Positions 58,301 through 64,000 of a stretch of 64,000 bases of DNA are shown here, piece after piece. How positions within the stretch are numbered: the first letter of the stretch is position 1; the number at the start of each line of letters is the position of its first letter. A program made the translations under genes and the position numbers. The notes under the pieces were generated by a model. That model searched no databases and was not told where the DNA came from. It saw only the letters and a program-made list of their open reading frames with translations. Source of the stretch: Chloroflexota bacterium (GTDB lineage Bacteria; Chloroflexota; UBA11872; VXOZ01); the NCBI GenBank assembly GCA_963663275.1, contig OY760183.1:160001-224000 (forward strand), given 5' to 3'.

Positions 58301-58486
58301 CACGCCGCCATAGCCGACGCCGGCCAAACTGCCGCCACCGCCGCCGCCCACCAACTCGAGCAACTCCGCGCTACCCGCCCCCGACTCACCGTAACCATAG
58401 CCCGTCGCGAACTCCGCAAATGGCTCCGCGCGTCTACCGAAGGCCAAGCCGTTGAGGAAGTGGTCAAGAAGCTATTGAACGGCTAG
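55349..58486 (+). CDS. Type IIG-like fused restriction endonuclease / N6-adenine methyltransferase
   Basis: N-terminal D..IEFK nuclease-like motif and GILTDG; GEYYTP, VLDPACGSGTF (motif I) and IIGNPPW (motif IV). Confidence 0.88.
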   Translation: MDETEDTAQLSDLAAGILRRHDNREPEANITSAVRRFLTDTGLVSEADIQEENPPTQGSRQAVDLRALDTFIEFKRRVGPGGITPNPDYVRQLDDYLSQSAAAGKSVRLGILTDGKHWLLRWPGAGAVRTARPYAFILESPESGAALYTWLRDEALAATQQTQPDRQSITARFGPDSLLYQRDIDTLRQLYQSTAASETIAVKRRLWHNLLMAALGEIARGRQQMDDLFVRHTYLSMTIGMVVQASFGIDIAEVAASDPAALLHGRRFHNATGLHGIVESDFFAWPAEVEGGLALVKTLARRVARFDWTQAPADVGAILYETVIPPDERRQLGEYYTPDWLARVMVRELVAEPLDQRVLDPACGSGTFIVEAVAHFLEAARAANLAPDIVMEKLRLAVTGIDVHPVAVHLARAAWTLAARPAIMAAARAGYSNPISVPVYLGDALQLRFHTGDMIAANEVRIEVEDEQNTTLIFPTSLVARADTFDPLLSDVADATERGADPRVALDDHAVTDPYERETLRHTIAAMQRLHAAGRDHIWAYYTRNLVRPVVLSREKVHVIIGNPPWLNYNQTVSTLRTALEDLSKDRYGIWTGGRYATHQDVAGLFFTRCVDLYLRDGGVIGMVLPHSALQTGQYTKWRTGLWRSKPQGRGRNRTPTLTLSVEFDYKRAWDLERLEPNTFFPIPACVVFAQSTGDSGVANALKGTVERWRGKTGADDNHREPMPITDTSDIGDSHYAKHAKQGAVIVPRCLFFVHEGENPAIIQAGQTVIVNPRRGTYDKEPWRGLDLSLIAGQAIERQHVFDVHLGETVVPYATLDALKAALPLKRDDTTPPADPNGVGGIRLGGLDRRMRERWQTASSLWEENKAAANELDLLGQLDYYGKLSAQLEWRQNLSTRPVRVVYNSSGTPTAALLCDDDALVDYTLFWIACNNVQEAYYLLAIINSDALYEAVTPLMAKGQFGARHLQKHLWKLPILAFDPSVPLHAAIADAGQTAATAAAHQLEQLRATRPRLTVTIARRELRKWLRASTEGQAVEEVVKKLLNG

Positions 58487-58606
58487 CGTAAGCCATTGCC
58501 ACTTGCAACCCCCAATGCGAGCCTGACGGCAGACCAGTGACAAGACCCGCATCTTGTTGGTACATTGCCAGATAATCTGACGGAATTGCTCGAAGGGCGG
58601 CGAGTG

Positions 58607-59041
58607 ATGAATCTTCCATACCCAGAGCCAACGAGCGCCACTGCGACCAAGAAGATGCGCTCCAACCGTCGGGTCGATACGAAACCCGAAGTTGCGCTCA
58701 GGTCATTGCTGCACCGGCGAGGGCTGCGCTTCAGGAAAGATTACCCCATTCGCCTACCGAACGGTCGGACAGTACACCCGGACATCGTCTTCACCAGGAA
58801 GAAACTCGCCATATTCGTGGACGGCTGCTTCTGGCACTCATGCCCCGAACACGGCACGACGCCAAAGACCAACCAGGACTACTGGACTCCCAAGCTGCGG
58901 CAGAATGTCGAGAGGGACAAGAAAACAGACGACGGCTTGCGGACTAATGGATGGCAGGTCGTACGTATATGGGAACACACAGGTTCAGAAGATGCCATAG
59001 CCACGATCCAAGGGGCTCTGGCACAATCTTGCGTCACTTAA
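58607..59041 (+). CDS. vsr: Very short patch repair endonuclease
   Basis: DTKPEVALR, PDIVF, FVDGCFWHSCP and GWQVVRIWE motifs. Confidence 0.93.
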   Translation: MNLPYPEPTSATATKKMRSNRRVDTKPEVALRSLLHRRGLRFRKDYPIRLPNGRTVHPDIVFTRKKLAIFVDGCFWHSCPEHGTTPKTNQDYWTPKLRQNVERDKKTDDGLRTNGWQVVRIWEHTGSEDAIATIQGALAQSCVT

Positions 59042-61046
59042 AGTTTGGATTCATGGCTTTGATGTCTTCTATTGAAATGCTGTTAATTAGGCGGAATACT
59101 CTTCCTGCTTCTGTCTCTCGATCTAGGTAGTCCTCATACGCTTGTAGCGCATTATGGATCAATTCCTCATACCTAATCACTCGAGCCCTTGCTCCTTCAA
59201 GCGTTCTAGCTGACACTTCCCTTCCGCCGGGACTCGACCAATCTGACAATGGCTTGCCGATCAAGCAAATGAATTCTAGGGGTTCGTTAGACCTGCCATG
59301 AGACTCTAATACTTTGGAAACTCCAGTTCGGTACTTGAGGATCTGTTGCACCAATCCACCAGTTTCAAGCGGGCGACTTGCACGCTTCAGTTCGATTATC
59401 ACGTGTTTGTTTCCTGTTGTCGTATAACGAATGTCCAGTCTTGCGAGTCTTTGCTCTTCGGTAAGCGACTGGTAAACCTCGTCGAGCTTCCTAGCGATCT
59501 GGGTTTCCATTCGCGTAGTGTGAGTCGCACGTTCCCAGGATGGGTCCAGCAGCCATAGGTGTTTGTACAGGTGATCCTGAATCACTCTTTCCTTGGCGTC
59601 ATCGTCAATCAGGTCTGTCAGCTTATCTATAACTTCCAGCCGATCTTTGCTGATTTGGTAGTATGCGCTCGCCTCCAAATCATCAAGTTGACTGAAGACG
59701 TCACCGAGTGAACCTAAGTTTTCCGCCGATAGTTGCTCTATGCGATGTAAGAGATGCCGGAACTTCAAACTTTCAAATGCCAGTATTCCGCTGACGAACA
59801 GTTGTCGTTTTTGGCTAACGTCGTCAATTGGCAGTTGGTTGAATTTGCCGAACAATTGCTCTGCTGACCTCTTGTGATCAGGGCTGAGGCTTTCGTACCA
59901 TTCCTTGATTTGAGGAATTGTAACGGCAACTTTCCGTCCCTGATTGTTTCTCAGAACAGTCCAATCGCTTTGTATGGCTTTCAACTCGGACTGGAGTTTC
60001 GATCTCAGAGCCTGGTACCTCGGATCTTCCTCTATGATCCGCTGTCTGCTGGTGGTAGCGATGTCATCTGCATGATCTAGATCGAGGAAGTCAGCGTGGA
60101 TTTCCCCAATGATGTACTTGCTGTAAATTCCGCCTTCGCCAAACTCCTCCAGGATGTCTTCCTGGGCTAACTTCCCTCGTACCATTACTACAATCTTGTT
60201 TATGCTCTCGCCGGTGTCCGAATCTTTCAGTTGACCAGCTTCTTTGACCGTTCCAATCCAGCCGTCGATCGCAAACTTGGCTTCGCCTACTTCGACTTCC
60301 CCTGCGCGTGGCTTTTGGTGCTCCAAATTACTTGCAAGGGTACGAGCCTCTTCTCCACGTGCGCCGAATGTCCACATGTACTGAAGCTTGTCGTAGTAAT
60401 CACGATCCTCAATAGTAATCGGAGCACTGTCCAATTCGATTTCAAAGTGATGCTTAGCTCCTATGATGCTGAATCTGCGAGCGAGCCTGCGTCTCAAAGC
60501 TGAACTGGACCGATGAAGCTGGCGCTTCATATCGGTAAGGAATATCTTGGTACCTTTCGCAATCTCGACTCTCGCAGGATCGACAGGGTCAGGCGAGTAT
60601 TCATTGTCTTCGCTATCCGTAATAGCTTTCTCAATGTCGTCGAGGTTCATTCTGAAACCATGTCGCTTGCCCTGCTTCACACTGTGGACTTCGACGGTCC
60701 TTGCGATAGAGAATAGGGACAGCTTGCCAATCCCCTTTCGTCCCATCACTGGCCTTTGAAACCTTGGCGACCTGGCCCCGTCTTTCTGTTTGCGACGCTC
60801 GTAACCGACCGTCAGGTACCTGTCGTTCGCGTCGTCCACGCTCATGCCGTGTCCGTCGTCCTGGATCACGATCCTGTCGCCCCGAGGGTCGATCTCAATG
60901 ATCACGTGCTCGGCATCAGCATCCCACGCGTTGGCAACTACCTCTGAAAGGACTGCGGGCACGTTGCTGTAGAGCCCTAACCCCAAGTGCTTCAGCACAT
61001 TCAGATCCAGCGTCATCCTATATTTGTGTTCGCTGTCGTCAGTCAT
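59034..61046 (-). CDS. GHKL/MORC-type ATPase with a C-terminal restriction-nuclease-like domain
   Basis: EVVANAWDA, DDGHGM and GRKGIGKLS motifs; C-terminal RLDI..IIELKR; lower GC; ATGA-type overlap region with the C5 MTase gene. Confidence 0.85.
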   Translation of the reverse strand: MTDDSEHKYRMTLDLNVLKHLGLGLYSNVPAVLSEVVANAWDADAEHVIIEIDPRGDRIVIQDDGHGMSVDDANDRYLTVGYERRKQKDGARSPRFQRPVMGRKGIGKLSLFSIARTVEVHSVKQGKRHGFRMNLDDIEKAITDSEDNEYSPDPVDPARVEIAKGTKIFLTDMKRQLHRSSSALRRRLARRFSIIGAKHHFEIELDSAPITIEDRDYYDKLQYMWTFGARGEEARTLASNLEHQKPRAGEVEVGEAKFAIDGWIGTVKEAGQLKDSDTGESINKIVVMVRGKLAQEDILEEFGEGGIYSKYIIGEIHADFLDLDHADDIATTSRQRIIEEDPRYQALRSKLQSELKAIQSDWTVLRNNQGRKVAVTIPQIKEWYESLSPDHKRSAEQLFGKFNQLPIDDVSQKRQLFVSGILAFESLKFRHLLHRIEQLSAENLGSLGDVFSQLDDLEASAYYQISKDRLEVIDKLTDLIDDDAKERVIQDHLYKHLWLLDPSWERATHTTRMETQIARKLDEVYQSLTEEQRLARLDIRYTTTGNKHVIIELKRASRPLETGGLVQQILKYRTGVSKVLESHGRSNEPLEFICLIGKPLSDWSSPGGREVSARTLEGARARVIRYEELIHNALQAYEDYLDRETEAGRVFRLINSISIEDIKAMNPNFK

Positions 61047-62130
61047 GAAATCTCTCTAGGTGCGCGACTATGGACCTGCCAACCGCCTCGCCAAGCTTCA
61101 CGGGAACCGCATTGCCGATCAGCCGCGCCACTGAGGTGATCTGCACGGATTCTCCTGTTGGGACGAACGAGTAATCTCTTGGAAACGTCTGTAGCAGAGC
61201 GCCCTCGCGCAAGGATATAGCGCGGTCCTGGACCGGGTGGCCAAATCGCCCGTTGCCGTAGCCGTGGAACTGGGTGGTGATGGTTGGAGCAGGCCGGTCC
61301 CACTCCATGCGACCGTAGACGCTGGGATAGGTCTTGCCGGATTGCTTGACATGGCAGTCGGCGCGGAGGTCTTGACCGGATGCTGAATCCGCCCAATCCC
61401 GCCAGGTTCCGCCGGGCTTGGAATGCTGGACGCGCGCCAAGTTCGCAGCGGATAGTCCACTTGACTTGTGCAATGGGTCTAATGGGGACGCCTGCCCTGC
61501 TTCGATGTGCGGCAAATGCTGGATCGCATCCCTTACGGTCACGGAGTCACTATCGGCATGTGTCGGCGGGATCATTTGGATAGGGCCGAGCCTGGAGGCT
61601 AGCAACACCAAGCGCCTTCTCGATTGGGGTACACCGTAGTCGGCACAGTGAACTACAGAATAGTCGCAATAGTAGCCAGCGTTGCGCAAAGCGGCTTGGA
61701 ATTCATCGAAGACGGCATATCCCCGCAAGCGTGGGACATTCTCCATGGTGACGATCTCCGGCTGTAGCGCGGTGACCATTTCGCCAAACTTGGGTAGCAA
61801 TTGCCACTGGGCATCGCGTTCGAATCTGCGATTGGAGTAAGACGAAAACGGCTGACAGGGAGCGCAGCCCGCGAGAATCCTGATGACATTCGCCGGAAAC
61901 AGCGACTCGACGAATCGCGGCGATAGCGCGGCCACATCTTTCTCATAGAATGCAGCTTCGACATTTGCTTCGAACGGGTGTTTGCAAGCGGGGTCGATGT
62001 CGATCCCGGCGCGGATCGTGATGCCAGCGTGCTTCATGCCGTAGGAAAGCCCACCGGCGCCGCAAAAGAGGTCTACGGCAACTGGCTGTGAAGTTGGCTG
62101 CGTCTTGTCGATGGGGGCTTCAAGCCACAT
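61039..62130 (-). CDS. dcm: DNA (cytosine-5) methyltransferase
   Basis: DLFCGAGG, APCQPFS, MENVP, YGVPQSRRR and IGNAVP motifs; start 62130 or 62178. Confidence 0.93.
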   Translation of the reverse strand: MWLEAPIDKTQPTSQPVAVDLFCGAGGLSYGMKHAGITIRAGIDIDPACKHPFEANVEAAFYEKDVAALSPRFVESLFPANVIRILAGCAPCQPFSSYSNRRFERDAQWQLLPKFGEMVTALQPEIVTMENVPRLRGYAVFDEFQAALRNAGYYCDYSVVHCADYGVPQSRRRLVLLASRLGPIQMIPPTHADSDSVTVRDAIQHLPHIEAGQASPLDPLHKSSGLSAANLARVQHSKPGGTWRDWADSASGQDLRADCHVKQSGKTYPSVYGRMEWDRPAPTITTQFHGYGNGRFGHPVQDRAISLREGALLQTFPRDYSFVPTGESVQITSVARLIGNAVPVKLGEAVGRSIVAHLERFHD

Positions 62131-62237
62131 ATCTCCGCCGCCAGTTGCTACTTGCGGTCTTGGAACTGCCTTCACCATAGCCGACTCTGTTCACTTTGAG
62201 CAACTTTGGCTTGGAATCCCCACCTGGCGCCGCGCGG

Positions 62238-62822
62238 GTGAAGGACGTCCTGTGGGGGATGCAGGTGGGGGTGACGGTGTTGGCGGTGGTTCTGGGCGCG
62301 ATCTTTGCCGCCTACAAGTGGCAGGTCTTCCGCGAATCCGAGCCGCACCTGACGATCACCCACGAGGTATCCCACCGGCCCGTCGGCGCAAGCTACGTCC
62401 ACATCGCCGTGACCGCGGTTCTGCACAATAGTTCAAAGGTCAAAATGGAATTTCGCGAAGCGTTTTTTCTCATGCAGAAGATCTCCCCGGTGTCGGACGA
62501 GGAAATTGAAGCACTGTACGCTGAGTACGCTCAGGCATTTGAGCAAGGGGAGTACAAGAACATGCAGTGGGATACGCTTGACAAGATTCCCATCACCTGG
62601 GATGAAGACGTAGTGATCGTGGAACCGGGTGAAATGCATCAAGAAACGTGCGAGTTCATCGTGCCGAAGGACGTTAAGTCGGCTATCATATACTCATATT
62701 TCTATAACTCTCGGGTGCCGCAGGTTCCTCAAGGATGGGGCGCGACTACAGTCCACGACATAGCGGCCCGTGATTGCGGGAGTGTCGATGTGGAAGGAGA
62801 TTGCAATGCCAGCCAAGAATGA
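62238..62822 (+). CDS. Hypothetical protein with an N-terminal TM anchor and a predicted beta-rich domain
   Basis: Hydrophobic VGVTVLAVVLGAIFAAY followed by alternating beta-strand patterns; start uncertain (62196/62238/62259). Confidence 0.7.
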   Translation: MKDVLWGMQVGVTVLAVVLGAIFAAYKWQVFRESEPHLTITHEVSHRPVGASYVHIAVTAVLHNSSKVKMEFREAFFLMQKISPVSDEEIEALYAEYAQAFEQGEYKNMQWDTLDKIPITWDEDVVIVEPGEMHQETCEFIVPKDVKSAIIYSYFYNSRVPQVPQGWGATTVHDIAARDCGSVDVEGDCNASQE

Positions 62823-62964
62823 GAAGAAAAGAGGAGATGTCGCCATAAAAGGAGGCGGGCCGAGGCAGAGTCCTCCCAAACGTGAGCCCCCGGTCAAACC
62901 ACCAGGAGCGAGCAAGCCTAAACCCGCGTCCAATCCACCGCAGCAATCCAAGCCGGCCAAGTGA
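62806..62964 (+). CDS. Pro/Lys-rich small peptide 1 (52 aa)
   Basis: AAGGAG RBS; MPAKNEKKRGDVAIKGGGPRQSPPKREPPVKPPGASKPKPASNPPQQSKPAK. Confidence 0.7.
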   Translation: MPAKNEKKRGDVAIKGGGPRQSPPKREPPVKPPGASKPKPASNPPQQSKPAK

Positions 62965-63000
62965 GCGCCGCCGGGCGGCACGGCGGTTGAACCTTGATCG

Positions 63001-63111
63001 ATGCCGTTGGCGTCCAGGCAGGTAGTCGCCTACTACAATTCGAGAGTGCCGCAAGTTCCCCAGGGTTGGGGCGCGACCGCGATTCACGACATAGCTGACC
63101 ATGGTCAATGA
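63001..63111 (+). pseudogene. Orphan fragment or mini-ORF homologous to the C-terminus of the 62238 gene
   Basis: MPLASRQVVAYYNSRVPQVPQGWGATAIHDIADHGQ versus FYNSRVPQVPQGWGATTVHDIA; differences mostly synonymous. Confidence 0.65.
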
Positions 63112-63135
63112 GCAGTAGTGTAAAGGAGGGTTACA

Positions 63136-63279
63136 ATGCCGGCAAGTTCCAAGGTGCAAAGAGAAAGTGTCGGGCCAAAAGGCGGCGGGCCCAAGAAGAG
63201 GCCGCCCAAAGTTCCTTCCAAGAAACCACCGGGAGCAACTCCGCCTAAGCCTCCCCAATCGTCGAAGCCATCCAAGTGA
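63136..63279 (+). CDS. Pro/Lys-rich small peptide 2 (47 aa)
   Basis: AAGGAGG RBS; MPASSKVQRESVGPKGGGPKKRPPKVPSKKPPGATPPKPPQSSKPSK. Confidence 0.7.
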   Translation: MPASSKVQRESVGPKGGGPKKRPPKVPSKKPPGATPPKPPQSSKPSK

Positions 63280-63335
63280 ACGCCAATCGAAGAGGCTGCT
63301 GGAACGAAGGACTCCAGCCGTTCCAATTGGAGAGC

Positions 63336-63701
63336 ATGATGCCGGAGGAAAGAGAAGCCAGCAAGAGCAGGCCGGTCAGGAGTGGAACGGGCCCAAGGGT
63401 TCGACTTGAACAGTTACCGCCTGAGAAACGCATAGCGGGCAAGAGCGGCACGGGTCCGAAAGAGAATCCGCCGCTGGTGAAGACTTCGCGCAAGCCGCCG
63501 GGCGGATTGGGGTTGACCAAAGCCTCGATAAGGTCGACTATGCCAGCCGACGAAGAGTGCACCAATAGAGTGGTCATCAAGAAGGGAACGGGGCCAAAGC
63601 AGAGGCCCCCTATGACTGCTTCCTCAGGTAAACCCCCGGGCGGCCCGCCTAAACCCAAACCCTCATCTCCACCTCACAAGCAACCGCAATCATCCAATTG
63701 A
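63336..63701 (+). CDS. Pro/Lys-rich peptide 3 with three GTGP(R/K) motifs
   Basis: GGAG RBS; SGTGPR, SGTGPK and KGTGPK; internal MPA start at 63540 matches the other peptides. Confidence 0.6.
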   Translation: MMPEEREASKSRPVRSGTGPRVRLEQLPPEKRIAGKSGTGPKENPPLVKTSRKPPGGLGLTKASIRSTMPADEECTNRVVIKKGTGPKQRPPMTASSGKPPGGPPKPKPSSPPHKQPQSSN

Positions 63702-63791
63702 AGGCAGGCAAGCCGCCGAAGGCCGGGGCGCGACGACCCTCCATGCTATTGTGGAAATGTAACCGCACAGTATGCGCTCATGGAGGTTGCA

Positions 63792-63950
63792 ATGCCAGAC
63801 AACGAGAAAGGCAATGAGACACAGGTCGTCATTAAAGGGACAGGACCAAGAACCGCGCCTCCCAAAGCCGATTCTTCCGGGAAACCCCCGCGAGCGAGCA
63901 GGCCTAAACCCGCGTCCAATCCACCGCAGCAATCCAAGCCGGCTAAGTGA
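63792..63950 (+). CDS. Pro/Lys-rich small peptide 4 (52 aa)
   Basis: GGAGG RBS; MPDNEKGNETQVVIKGTGPRTAPPKADSSGKPPRASRPKPASNPPQQSKPAK. Confidence 0.7.
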   Translation: MPDNEKGNETQVVIKGTGPRTAPPKADSSGKPPRASRPKPASNPPQQSKPAK

Positions 63951-64000
63951 GCGGCGCCAGGCGCGTTGCCTCAATCTACCTTGCCCCCATGCCTAAGGCT

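Noticed and set aside
62690-63110. Diversity-generating retroelement TR/VR pair
   Set aside because: Differences are not adenine-specific, are mostly synonymous, and no reverse transcriptase is in the window

Overview
High-GC bacterial chromosomal segment; gene content suggests Chloroflexota (inference only). Housekeeping and metabolic genes: sthA, glyA, rlmB, dcd, proA, tsaC/sua5, nfo, class II nrdJ with a perfect sigma70 promoter and paired NrdR boxes, a proVWX-like betaine ABC transporter, lon, and a kinase plus divergent enolase pair. Intergenic spaces carry a dense load of GTAG-type REP palindromes, a RAYT transposase with REPs inside its own ORF, and three MITE families with clear TIRs and target duplications that insert into palindromes and into each other. 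An unannotated Rdx/SelW-type selenoprotein (CxxU plus SECIS-like hairpin) lies at 35987-36223. The right end is a restriction-modification island (type IIG-like REase-MTase, Vsr, GHKL/MORC ATPase-nuclease, C5 MTase). It is followed by the most unusual feature: a membrane-anchored protein gene and a cassette-like array of short Pro/Lys-rich peptide genes sharing a (K/S)G(G/T)GP(R/K) motif, two of them preceded by diverged copies of that gene's 3' end. No rRNA, tRNA or CRISPR array was recognised. All calls are by eye; no searches were run.
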